DNA from: Candidatus Latescibacterota bacterium
GTDB lineage: Bacteria; Latescibacterota; UBA2968; UBA8231
Assembly (NCBI GenBank): GCA_965221775.1
Contig: CBDCSU010000006.1
Coordinates: 1,696,001-1,760,000 of the forward strand
Length of the DNA: 64,000 bases
Direction: 5' to 3'
Shown: piece after piece, positions 42,670 through 51,546 of the stretch
Numbering within the stretch: position 1 is the first letter of the stretch
Layout: the number at the start of each line of letters is the position of its first letter
Notes under the pieces: generated by a model
The model's database searches: none
What the model was told of the DNA's origin: nothing
What the model saw: only the letters and a program-made list of their open reading frames with translations
Position numbers and translations under genes: made by a program

Positions 42670-44205
42670 CTAACCGGTCTGACTCGCGAAGATCCTGCGC
42701 ACGGTCTCGATGTCGTCGGCCTGGCCGGCCGACTTGTCCGGGCGGTAGCGCTTGACCCGGGCGAAGCGCAGGGCCAGGCCGCCAGGGTAGTGGGGGCTGG
42801 CCTGCAGGCCGTCGAAGGCGATCTCCGCCACCAGCTCCGGGCGGACGTGGACCACGTGGCCTTCGCGGCCGGTCTCCAGGCCGAGGAGCCTCTCCGTCTG
42901 CCAGGCCAGCATCTCGTCGGTCATGCCCTTGAAGGTCTTGCCCAGCATCACGAACCCGCCGGCCGGGTCCCTCGCCCCGAGGTGCAGGTTGGACAGCCAT
43001 CCCCGGCGGCGGCCGCTGCCCCACTCCACCGCCAGGACTACCAGGTCGAGGGTGTGGGCGGGCTTGAGCTTGAGCCACCCCGCCCCCCGTCTGCCGGCCT
43101 CGTAGGGCGCCTCCAGGTCCTTGGCCACGACCCCTTCGTGGCCGGCGGACAGGGCCCGGTCGATGAACTCCCGCGCCGGCTCCACGGCCTCGGCCACCGT
43201 GTGCGGCACCTGGGCCGACTGGGGGACGACGCCGTGCAGGGCCCGCAGCCGGTCGCTGGTATCCGCGTCGATCAGGTCCTGGCCGTCCAGGTGCAGACAG
43301 TCGAAGTAGAAGGCGGAGAGGGGCAGGTCGGCGCGCATGCGCTCCACGTCGAGGCGGCGGCCGAAGCGGCGCATCGTCTGCTGGAAGGGGGCCGGCCGGC
43401 CGTCGCCGCGCAGCACGATCGCCTCGCCGTCGAGGACGAGCTGCCGCGCCGGCAGGGCCCGAACCGCCTCCACCAGCTCGGGCGCCGCCGCGGTCACGTC
43501 GTTGAGCCGCCGCGTGAACAGGCGGACCTCGTCATCCTGCCGGTGCACCTGGATCCGCGCCCCGTCGAGCTTGTAGTCCAGGGCCACCCGGCCGTGGCGT
43601 TCGAGCACATCCTCCACGCCCTCGGCGCTCTGGGCGAGCATGGGCAGCACGGGCGACATCAGCCGCAGGCGGAACTCGGCGAGGGCCGGCTCGCCGCCGT
43701 CGAGGGCGGCCACGGCCACGCGCACCAGGTCGCCGGCCAGCATCACCGCCCGGCGCACGGCCGGCGCCGGCACGCCGGATGCCCGGGCGACCGCCTCGAT
43801 CAGCACCCCCTCCTGGGCTCCCTGGCGCAACTCGCCGAAGACCAGCCGCGCCAGCCAGTCCTGTTCCGGCTTCGTGGCTCTTTCCAGCAGGCCGGCCAGC
43901 GCCTGCACGCGGGCACCGGCCGAGCCCGGTCCGCTGAGCCGGGAGATCTCCTCGAAGGCGGTGTCGACGCCGGCCACGGTCAGGCGCGGCGACGACGCCG
44001 GTCCGGGCGGCATGGCCTGCCGGATCGCCGCCCCGCCGAGGCCGATCCGCCCCTGGCGCAGCTGTCCGGTGAGGAAGGCCGCGCCGGCCTCGCGCTCGGG
44101 GGGTGACAGCCGCCCCAGACAGTCGGCCAGCAGGCCGATCTTCTCGCTGCGGGCCCTGGTGCCGGCCACGCGGGCCGAGGTTTCGACGAGATCGCTGAGG
44201 TTCAT
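42670..44205 (-). CDS. ATP-dependent DNA ligase (LigB-type)
   Basis: PMLAQ, KLDGARIQVH, LDGE, FD, EGVVAK, WLKLK, LRFAR. Confidence 0.93.
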   Translation of the reverse strand: MNLSDLVETSARVAGTRARSEKIGLLADCLGRLSPPEREAGAAFLTGQLRQGRIGLGGAAIRQAMPPGPASSPRLTVAGVDTAFEEISRLSGPGSAGARVQALAGLLERATKPEQDWLARLVFGELRQGAQEGVLIEAVARASGVPAPAVRRAVMLAGDLVRVAVAALDGGEPALAEFRLRLMSPVLPMLAQSAEGVEDVLERHGRVALDYKLDGARIQVHRQDDEVRLFTRRLNDVTAAAPELVEAVRALPARQLVLDGEAIVLRGDGRPAPFQQTMRRFGRRLDVERMRADLPLSAFYFDCLHLDGQDLIDADTSDRLRALHGVVPQSAQVPHTVAEAVEPAREFIDRALSAGHEGVVAKDLEAPYEAGRRGAGWLKLKPAHTLDLVVLAVEWGSGRRRGWLSNLHLGARDPAGGFVMLGKTFKGMTDEMLAWQTERLLGLETGREGHVVHVRPELVAEIAFDGLQASPHYPGGLALRFARVKRYRPDKSAGQADDIETVRRIFASQTG

Positions 44206-44349
44206 CGGCGCTGTTTTCCGCCGTGAAAAGTCACCCTCTCCGCCGCCACCGACAACCCGCGCCCGGCCGGAGACCCCGGTTGTCTCGAAAGGGCCGCGGG
44301 GCCGAGGCAGCCTATCTTCCAGCTCCCACCCCAGCCAGGAAGAGACCAC

Positions 44350-44802
44350 ATGAATCGCCGTATCCTCCTCGCTCTCGGCCTCGCCGTCTCGCCGGTCATC
44401 GCCCAGGAGGCCGTGCCGCTCAAGACCCTGCCCTTCAGCCCCGCCCGCCAGGCCGGCGGCTTCCTCTTCATCAGCGGCCAGATCGCCCGCACCGCCGACG
44501 GCGCCGACGTCAAGGAGTCGGTAGCGGCCGAGACCCGTCAGGTGATGGAGAACATCGGCCGCATCCTCGAAGAACACGGCTATGCGTACGACGACCTCGT
44601 CAACGTCACCGTCTGGCTCGCCGACATCGAGGACTACCACGAGATGAACGAGGCCTACGCCTCGTACTTCGACGAGCGGTTCCCGGCGCGGGCCTGCACC
44701 GGGGGGGCGCAGATCGTCTTCGACTTCCGCGTCGAGATCGCCGCCGTCGCCTATCGAGAGATCGATGACGACGGCGACCACGACAGGGCCGAGGAGCACT
44801 GA
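44350..44802 (+). CDS. RidA family protein with predicted signal peptide
   Basis: PFSPA, FISGQ, MNEAY..F..FPAR, VEI; N-terminal MNRRILLALGLAVSPVIA. Confidence 0.85.
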   Translation: MNRRILLALGLAVSPVIAQEAVPLKTLPFSPARQAGGFLFISGQIARTADGADVKESVAAETRQVMENIGRILEEHGYAYDDLVNVTVWLADIEDYHEMNEAYASYFDERFPARACTGGAQIVFDFRVEIAAVAYREIDDDGDHDRAEEH

Positions 44803-44822
44803 TCGGCGCGGCTGGCACGGCC

Positions 44823-45686
44823 ATGGCAAAGCTCAGGAAGTCCGCGCCGTTCACGCCGACGCACGTCGCCGTCAGGTTCGGTCCGGACGAACGGGACCTG
44901 ATGGCCGTCTGGCTGGCCGACTCCGCCGATCCCGCTCCCGCGGTGCTCTGCTTCCACCCCGGCCGCTTCAGGAAGCTCGCCAGGCCGGGCCCCGTCCGCA
45001 CCGCGCCGCCCGTCGTCAGGCGCGACCTTCTCGCCCTCGTGGACGCGGGCATCTCCATCGTGGCCCCGAGCCATCACGGGGCCGGCCGGACGCCCTTCGA
45101 GGGCGCCGCCCGGGCCCTCCAGTTCGTGCGCGGCCAGGCGCGCGAGTGGAACCTGGACAAGGAGCGGATCGCCGCCATGGGGACCTCGTCGGGCGCCTGC
45201 CTCTCGCTCTGGCTCGCGTCCCACGCCGACCTGGCGGACCCCGCCAGCGAGGACCCCGTCGCCCGCGAGTCCACGGGGCTGGCCTGCGCCGCCGTGAACC
45301 AGGCGGTGACCTCGGTGGACCCGCGGTTCATGCGGGACCTGATGCCGGGCTCGGCCGTCCCCGGCCGGTTCCTGAAGCAGTTCTACGGACTGGAAGAGGC
45401 CGCTCTGGACCGGTTGCCGCCGGAGACCTGCCGGCTGATGGAGGAACTTTCCCCCATCAACCACGTGCGCCGCGGCGTTCCTCCGACCCTGCTGACCTAC
45501 GACGACCCCCTGGATGCCCCGTACGGGATCCACCACCCGAGCTTCGGCGTGGCGTGGAGGGAGAGAGTCGAGGCCGTCGGGGGCCGCTGCGACCTGGTAG
45601 CCCGCCGGCGGCCGTTGGGGGACAGCCGGGCGAGGTCGATCCCCGCCTTCCTCCTGGACGAGCTGAAGGGTCCCGGCCCCGGCTGA
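44823..45686 (+). CDS. Alpha/beta hydrolase fold protein
   Basis: ARALQFVR..A.EWNLDKERIAAMGTSSG (GxSxG), SPI.HV, IHHP.FG. Confidence 0.8.
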   Translation: MAKLRKSAPFTPTHVAVRFGPDERDLMAVWLADSADPAPAVLCFHPGRFRKLARPGPVRTAPPVVRRDLLALVDAGISIVAPSHHGAGRTPFEGAARALQFVRGQAREWNLDKERIAAMGTSSGACLSLWLASHADLADPASEDPVARESTGLACAAVNQAVTSVDPRFMRDLMPGSAVPGRFLKQFYGLEEAALDRLPPETCRLMEELSPINHVRRGVPPTLLTYDDPLDAPYGIHHPSFGVAWRERVEAVGGRCDLVARRRPLGDSRARSIPAFLLDELKGPGPG

Positions 45687-45857
45687 AGGAGGGTCCCGCT
45701 TTCTTGTGCCAGGAAGCGGCCATCCGGACCTGTCCGACAACCATTGCGGGGCCGGCCCGGCGAGCTACTGCGCCGCTTGGTGGGACGGCCGCAACTCGCG
45801 CGGCAGGGGATCGCCGGCGGCGAGTCCTTCGCCCAAGGCAGCGACCGATAGGTACAC

Positions 45858-45997
45858 CGGGACGGCAGACGAAGTCCGATTCGTGCGATTCACGTACATC
45901 GTGTGCTTTCCACCTTCCCGGAGGAGTTCACAACCGATTCCTCGGCCAGGATGCGATTGGCCTCAACGAATCCGATGTAGCCTTCCGGGACCTTTCT
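45858..45997 (-). pseudogene. Telescoped hicB-hicA toxin-antitoxin remnant
   Basis: RKVPEGYIGFVE|ANRILAEES (HicB N and C ends joined) immediately followed in another frame by GCELLREGGKHTMYVNRTNRTSSAVP (HicA core); locally lower GC. Confidence 0.65.
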
Positions 45998-46064
45998 GCC
46001 CTGAACTCGACGATCGATTCGCGCAACTCCGGCTCGCCGGATACTCGCTGATGGTAAGTGTTGC

Positions 46065-47225
46065 TCACGATCCGGCCGTCTTTTTCGCGTCAAGGCGGGT
46101 GTCCGGACCCGTCGGCGCGGTCCCGTCCTGCCCCAGGAGCCGCTGCATGTTGCCGCCCAGAACCGCCGCCATCCCGGCCTCGTCGAGGAAGGGGCAGTAG
46201 CGCCTCACGTAGTCCAGGCTCTGGCGGTAGGTCCAGTGCAGGAGCACGATGGGGATGTCCGTCCCCCAGATGATGCGGTCGGCGCCGATGCGCTCCACCA
46301 TCGTCTCCAGGACGGGCCGCATCTGCGGCATGGGGTAGTCCCAGCGCGACTGCAGGAAGACGGCGAAGAGGATCTGGATATGGAAGCGCGGGTGGCCGAT
46401 GGGCGCCGCCTCGTAGACCTCGTCCGGCACGTGGAGCCGGTCCTCGTCGGCGAACAGCCGCCAGGGGAAGCCGTGGGTCATGACCACGTCCACGTCGGGG
46501 AAGCGGTCCATCCAGCCGCGCAGAGCGCGCAGCTCGTCGAGGTAGGCGGCGGGCGTTCCGGCGGCGCCGATGGTGAAGAACACGGGAATCCCCAGCTCGG
46601 CCACGGCGCGCCACAAGGGGTCGAAGTCGGGCCCCGTCCACTCGGGGGAGAGGTCGTAGAGGGACCGATGGAAGGGCGCGAACTGCAGGCCTGACAGGCC
46701 GTGGTCGCGGATTCCGCGTTCCAGCTTGCCGAGGGCGTCATTCGTCCTGGCGGGGAACCACCATTCGGGAACCTGGACCAGCCCCTGGATCCGCCCCGGA
46801 TGGCGCCGGCAGCAGTCGGCGATCCAGCCGTCGCTCAGGCCCATGTAGGGGGTGCGGTGCAGGAGGGCCCGGTCGACGCCGGCGTAGTCCATCTCCGCCA
46901 CCAGGCTGTCGGCGGGGAAGGCGAAGTCCACCGTCCACGGCGGCAGGGCCTGCTTCACGTAGTCCTCGCCGTCCACCGTCCACTCCACGAGGCCGTGGTC
47001 CCCGGTGCGGAAGGCGGCGTTCCGCAGACCGTCGAACTGCCAGGGGCGGCCGGGGTCGGCCAGGCCGGCGGCGTCGGCCGCTGCCCGGTCGGAGCGCCGC
47101 CAGCAGGGCTGCTGCCGGGCATGGGCCATGAACAGCTGCAGGTGCCGCCAGAACTCGGCGGGGTCCGCGAAGCCGCCGTTGCGGGCCGGCGGGGCAAAGC
47201 AGTAGGCGTGTCCGTCGTAGATCAT
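46065..47225 (-). CDS. Amidohydrolase_2 family protein
   Basis: MIYDGHAY, EMDYAGVDRA, GADRIIWGTD.P, LGGN. Confidence 0.82.
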   Translation of the reverse strand: MIYDGHAYCFAPPARNGGFADPAEFWRHLQLFMAHARQQPCWRRSDRAAADAAGLADPGRPWQFDGLRNAAFRTGDHGLVEWTVDGEDYVKQALPPWTVDFAFPADSLVAEMDYAGVDRALLHRTPYMGLSDGWIADCCRRHPGRIQGLVQVPEWWFPARTNDALGKLERGIRDHGLSGLQFAPFHRSLYDLSPEWTGPDFDPLWRAVAELGIPVFFTIGAAGTPAAYLDELRALRGWMDRFPDVDVVMTHGFPWRLFADEDRLHVPDEVYEAAPIGHPRFHIQILFAVFLQSRWDYPMPQMRPVLETMVERIGADRIIWGTDIPIVLLHWTYRQSLDYVRRYCPFLDEAGMAAVLGGNMQRLLGQDGTAPTGPDTRLDAKKTAGS

Positions 47226-47407
47226 GGCCCCCATCCTTCGGATGAGCGACTCCGGCGCCGCGCCGGGACGCGGGCGCAAGCATCGCCCGCCGGGGCGGCC
47301 TTCCGCAAGCGGAGCGCTGCACCGCGGCTCCACGGCCACCCTCTTGCACGCAACCCCGCCATGCCCCTTGTTCCCGGCCTTCATTCCGGCCTCACCAAAG
47401 GACCGTC

Positions 47408-49177
47408 ATGCCCTCACGACACGAACCCCTGCTCAGCCTCGACGAGCCCCTGCCGCCGCCGCGGTGGGCGCTGCTCCAGCGTCACATCCTCGACGCCCAG
47501 TCGTCGGCCTGCCGCGACTTCTTCGCCAAGTACTTCGATCCTCACTCCGGCTATCTCCTCGCGGTGCCCCGCTGGGGCGGGGACGACGGCCCCGACGACG
47601 CCGCCGAGAATCAGCTCAACTGGACCACCCTGTACGCTCTCGGCGGAGCCGGCGACCTGCTCGACATGTTCCGCACCGGCTTCGAGGGCCACCTGCGCCA
47701 GTACACGGAAGCCCGGACCGTCGAGGTCCCCATGGCCCGCGACGGCATGTACTACAAGGAGTTCCCCGTCTCCCTCGACTGGTTCCACCACGGCGAGGGC
47801 TACTCCGCCTACTTCCTTTACGGCTTGTGCGACCCCTGGGACCCGGCCTACGAACGCCGCCTCCGACGCTGGGCCGCCATGTACGACGGCACCGACGAAA
47901 CCGCGCCGAACTACGACCCCGATCACCGCATCGTGCGCTCCATGTTCAACGGCAGCCGCGGGCCTCTCCTGCGCAAGGCCACGGCCCTCGACTGGGCCGG
48001 CGATCCGATCGAGATCGAGGGCCGCTTCCGCCTCGGCCACGGCGAGCGCAACTTCGCCGAGATGCTCGCCCACTTCGAGGAGTACACCGACGTGGTCGGC
48101 GACAATCCGCTGAACCTGGAGGCCACGCACCCGGGGCTGGTGGCCTACCTGATCACCGGCGACGACCGCTACCGCGGCCACGTCGTCGACTACGTCGACG
48201 CCTGGGTGCAGCGCACCGAAGACAACGGCGGCATCATCCCTTCGAACATCGGCCTCGACGGCACCATCGGAGGCGCCGCGGGGGGCCGCTGGTGGGGCGG
48301 ATGCTACGGCTGGGGGTTTACCGTCACCGTGCCCCAGACGGGGGCCGCGGCCCACCGCCCGGCCTGCTACTCGCGCCCCCACTTCGGCTTCGCCCACGGC
48401 CTGCTGCTCACCGGGCAGCAGACATACGTCGACACCTGGCGCGGCGTCCTCGACAAGGTCAACGAGAATGCGAAGGAGGAGGACGGGCAGACCGTGTATC
48501 CCCACATGCACGGCGACGACGGCTGGTACGACTTCCGGCCGCAGCCGTTCTCGCCCGGGGCGCAGGAGATCTGGTTCTGGTCGCAGAGGGAGGACGACCG
48601 CCAGCGCGTGGCCGGCGACGGCTGGGTGCGCTACCTGGCGGGGGAGGAGCCCGGCTACCCGGAGGCGGCCCTGGAGTCGGTGCTGGACCAGGTCCGCAAC
48701 TGCATGCGCGGCGTGGCCGAGGACGAGTCCAGCATCGACACGCGGCTGTCGGACGACATGAACCACCTCAACCCGGCGGTCACCGACACCCTGGTTGAGC
48801 TGCTGCTCGGGGGGTTGCCCGTGGGCCGCTCGTGCCACACCCTGCACTGCCGCTTGCGCTACTTCGACCCCGATGCGCGCCGGGCCGGGCTGCCGCCGCA
48901 GGTGGCGGCCCTGGTGGACGGCATGGGCGACGGCGAGGTCAGCGTGCAGTTGGTCAATCTCGATCCCGTCCGCCAGCGCCACGTGGTCGTGCAGGGCGGC
49001 GCCTACGGGGAGCACCGGATCGAGAGTGTCACCGCCGGCGACGGCACGCCGATCGATGTTACGGGGGAGGGATCGTCCTTCATCGTGCGGCTGGCGCCCG
49101 GCGCCGGCGGCCGGCTGCGCATCTCCCAGCACAGGTACTCGCGGCAGCCGACCTTCGCCTTTCCCTGGGAGCGATAG
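47408..49177 (+). CDS. Hypothetical protein (589 aa, possible alpha/alpha-barrel lyase or hydrolase)
   Basis: Long ORF; RWGGDDGPDDAAE, DWFHHGEG, IPSNIG.DG, LRYFD...GLP..VAALV. Confidence 0.75.
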   Translation: MPSRHEPLLSLDEPLPPPRWALLQRHILDAQSSACRDFFAKYFDPHSGYLLAVPRWGGDDGPDDAAENQLNWTTLYALGGAGDLLDMFRTGFEGHLRQYTEARTVEVPMARDGMYYKEFPVSLDWFHHGEGYSAYFLYGLCDPWDPAYERRLRRWAAMYDGTDETAPNYDPDHRIVRSMFNGSRGPLLRKATALDWAGDPIEIEGRFRLGHGERNFAEMLAHFEEYTDVVGDNPLNLEATHPGLVAYLITGDDRYRGHVVDYVDAWVQRTEDNGGIIPSNIGLDGTIGGAAGGRWWGGCYGWGFTVTVPQTGAAAHRPACYSRPHFGFAHGLLLTGQQTYVDTWRGVLDKVNENAKEEDGQTVYPHMHGDDGWYDFRPQPFSPGAQEIWFWSQREDDRQRVAGDGWVRYLAGEEPGYPEAALESVLDQVRNCMRGVAEDESSIDTRLSDDMNHLNPAVTDTLVELLLGGLPVGRSCHTLHCRLRYFDPDARRAGLPPQVAALVDGMGDGEVSVQLVNLDPVRQRHVVVQGGAYGEHRIESVTAGDGTPIDVTGEGSSFIVRLAPGAGGRLRISQHRYSRQPTFAFPWER

Positions 49178-49181
49178 CCCC

Positions 49182-50207
49182 ATGCACACCATTCCCCTCA
49201 CCGACGATCTCTTCCAAGGCCACGTCGAGCTGGAGCGCGGCGAGGGCTGGGTCAAGCCGTGGCGGCTGCCCCACGCCCGTCGGGCCCTGTTCCCGTCCCC
49301 GGGCGAGGATCTGATGGCCCGCGCCGAGTCCGCCAGCGGCGTGCGCCTGCGCTTCGCCACCGCCGCGAGCCGCCTGCGCCTGAGCTTCCTGCCCCTGCCC
49401 ATGTCGGCTCCCGCCGAGGGCCGCGAGGCCTTCCACTTCGACGCGGCCATCGACGGCGAGCTGATCGCCACCGCCGCGGCTCCGCCCGGTTCCGGGGAGG
49501 CGGTGTTCGCAGGACTGCCGGCGGGCGAGAAGATGGTCGAGCTGTGGCTGTCGCAGGAGATCCCCGTCCACCTCACCGGCCTCGAGGCGGACGCTCCCTG
49601 CGCGGCGGCGGCGGACGACCGGCCGCGCTGGGTGACCTACGGCAGCTCCCTCACCCATTGCGTGCGAGCCCACAGCCCGGCGCGCACCTGGCCGGCCATC
49701 GTCGCCCGGCGCCGGAATCTCCATCTCACCAGCCTCGGCTTCGGCGGCCAGTGCCACCTCGACGCCATGGTGGGCATGGTGATCGCCGATCGGCCCGCCG
49801 ACTACATCAGCCTCAAGCTCGGGATCAACACCATCAACGCGCCGACCCTGGCGGGGCGCACCTACCCGGGGGCGATCGTGGCGCTGGTGCAGATCATCCG
49901 CCAGAAGCACCCGGACACGCCGCTGGCGCTGGTCTCTCCCATCGGCTACCCGCCGCGCGAGACCGACCCCAACGCCGCCGGCTACACGATCTCGGCGATG
50001 CGCCGCGACATGGAGGATGTCCATCGCCGGCTCACCGGCTTGGGCGACACCAACCTGATCTACGTCGATGGTCTGGAGGTCTTCGACCTCGACCTGATCG
50101 CCCGCTACGCCGAGGACCAGTGCCACCCGGACGGCGACGGCATCGAGGTGCAGGCCGACAACTTCGACCGCGCCGTGATGGAGCGGCTGATCTCCCAAGG
50201 GAGCTGA
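49182..50207 (+). CDS. SGNH/GDSL hydrolase
   Basis: YGSSLTH, LGFGG, GIN, D.CHP. Confidence 0.85.
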   Translation: MHTIPLTDDLFQGHVELERGEGWVKPWRLPHARRALFPSPGEDLMARAESASGVRLRFATAASRLRLSFLPLPMSAPAEGREAFHFDAAIDGELIATAAAPPGSGEAVFAGLPAGEKMVELWLSQEIPVHLTGLEADAPCAAAADDRPRWVTYGSSLTHCVRAHSPARTWPAIVARRRNLHLTSLGFGGQCHLDAMVGMVIADRPADYISLKLGINTINAPTLAGRTYPGAIVALVQIIRQKHPDTPLALVSPIGYPPRETDPNAAGYTISAMRRDMEDVHRRLTGLGDTNLIYVDGLEVFDLDLIARYAEDQCHPDGDGIEVQADNFDRAVMERLISQGS

Positions 50208-50350
50208 AGGACGGGAGCCGCGGGCAGCGGCACTCCAGGCGGCGGAAACGAGGCCAGAGGCCGCAGCTGTCCGAGCAGATCCGGACGGTCCCACGGTTGG
50301 ATTGTCCCCGTCGCGAACCCTCCTTACCTTCGCCGCGACCGGAGACGATC

Positions 50351-50590
50351 ATGGCCGAGTCCCTGCCCGACAGCTCCATGGCTCGTGACGCCGCCCTCGA
50401 GTTCATTCGCCATCACCGCCACGGGTCCCTCTGGTTTGTCAGGGATGGCCACGAACCCGCCAGCACGGATGAGTTGATCCGTGCTATCCGGCGGATCGAG
50501 CGGACAGGCTCCCGAGAGGCGTACGTGGAGGCGAGGAGGCTGCGCGAGTGGCTCTCACGGGATTCCAACGCCGCGTCTGCCGGCTCCTAG
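50351..50590 (+). CDS. Small protein, putative partner/antitoxin of the downstream nucleotidyltransferase
   Basis: 79 aa, LWFVR...IRRIERTG; overlaps the next gene by 43 nt. Confidence 0.6.
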   Translation: MAESLPDSSMARDAALEFIRHHRHGSLWFVRDGHEPASTDELIRAIRRIERTGSREAYVEARRLREWLSRDSNAASAGS

Positions 50591-51363
50591 CTCACAGCCG
50601 GAAGAGCCGCGGCGACAGCTATGTCGCCGGCGGGGCCGCTCTCAACGAGGTGATCGAGGCGCCCCGCCTGTCCGACGACCTCGACCTGTTTCACGACAGT
50701 GACGAGGCACTGCTTGTCACTTGGGACAGGGACCGGCGCCTTCTGCAGGATGAAGGGTTCCATCTGGAGATCCTGCGCGACCGGCCGGCCTTCATCGAGG
50801 CCGTCGTGGGCAGCGGCGAGGCCCGCCTGCGCCTGCAGTGGGCGCGCGACAGCGCCTACCGGTTCTTTCCCCTCGTCGAGCATGAAGACTTCGGCCTGAC
50901 CCTCCACCCGTACGACCTGGCCACCAACAAGGTCCTGGCCATGGTCGGGAGACTCGAGGCGCGCGACTGGGTCGACGTCATCTCCGCCCACGAGCGCGTG
51001 CAGCACCTCGGACTCCTGCTTTGGGGCGCCTGCGGCAAGGACCCGGGCTTCGGACCCGGCGCCATTCTGAACCACGCCCGCCGCTCGGCCCGCTACACCG
51101 GGGACGAGCTGTCGGAGTTGTCCTTCGAGGGAGACCCGCCCGACGCGGCGCTGCTGGCCCGCAAGTGGCGCGCCGCGGCCGACGAAGCCGAACTGGTGAT
51201 GGATGCCTTGCCCGCCGAGCGCGCCGGCACGTGCGTGCTCGACCACTGCCTGCGCCTGTTCCGGGGCACGCTGGAGGACCTGCGGAGAGCCGTCGCGGCT
51301 GGTGGCCTGTGCTACCACCGCGGGCGCGTCCAGGGAGCGTATCCGCGTGTCCTTCCGGAGTAG
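50548..51363 (+). CDS. AbiEii/AbiGii-like nucleotidyltransferase
   Basis: YVAGGAALN..RLSDDLDLF, DLATNK..A..GR.E.RD..D. Confidence 0.75.
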   Translation: MALTGFQRRVCRLLAHSRKSRGDSYVAGGAALNEVIEAPRLSDDLDLFHDSDEALLVTWDRDRRLLQDEGFHLEILRDRPAFIEAVVGSGEARLRLQWARDSAYRFFPLVEHEDFGLTLHPYDLATNKVLAMVGRLEARDWVDVISAHERVQHLGLLLWGACGKDPGFGPGAILNHARRSARYTGDELSELSFEGDPPDAALLARKWRAAADEAELVMDALPAERAGTCVLDHCLRLFRGTLEDLRRAVAAGGLCYHRGRVQGAYPRVLPE

Positions 51364-51546
51364 ACTCGCCACGCCTCAGGGTCCGGGGGACCCGGGCCAG
51401 GACGCTCCGCACGAGGCCGCCGATGCGGCGCCGGGTCCTCTTTCACGTCCCTAAATCCATTATTAGTTTACGGATACGCAAGAGAGCCACGCCGGAGTTC
51501 CCCGACCCGGCGCTCTTTCCCAAACCCCGCCGGCTTTCCCCTCCCC

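Noticed and set aside
32954-44205. thpR, DNA ligase and RNB as a nucleic-acid repair system
   Set aside because: Genes are far apart with unrelated metabolic genes in between
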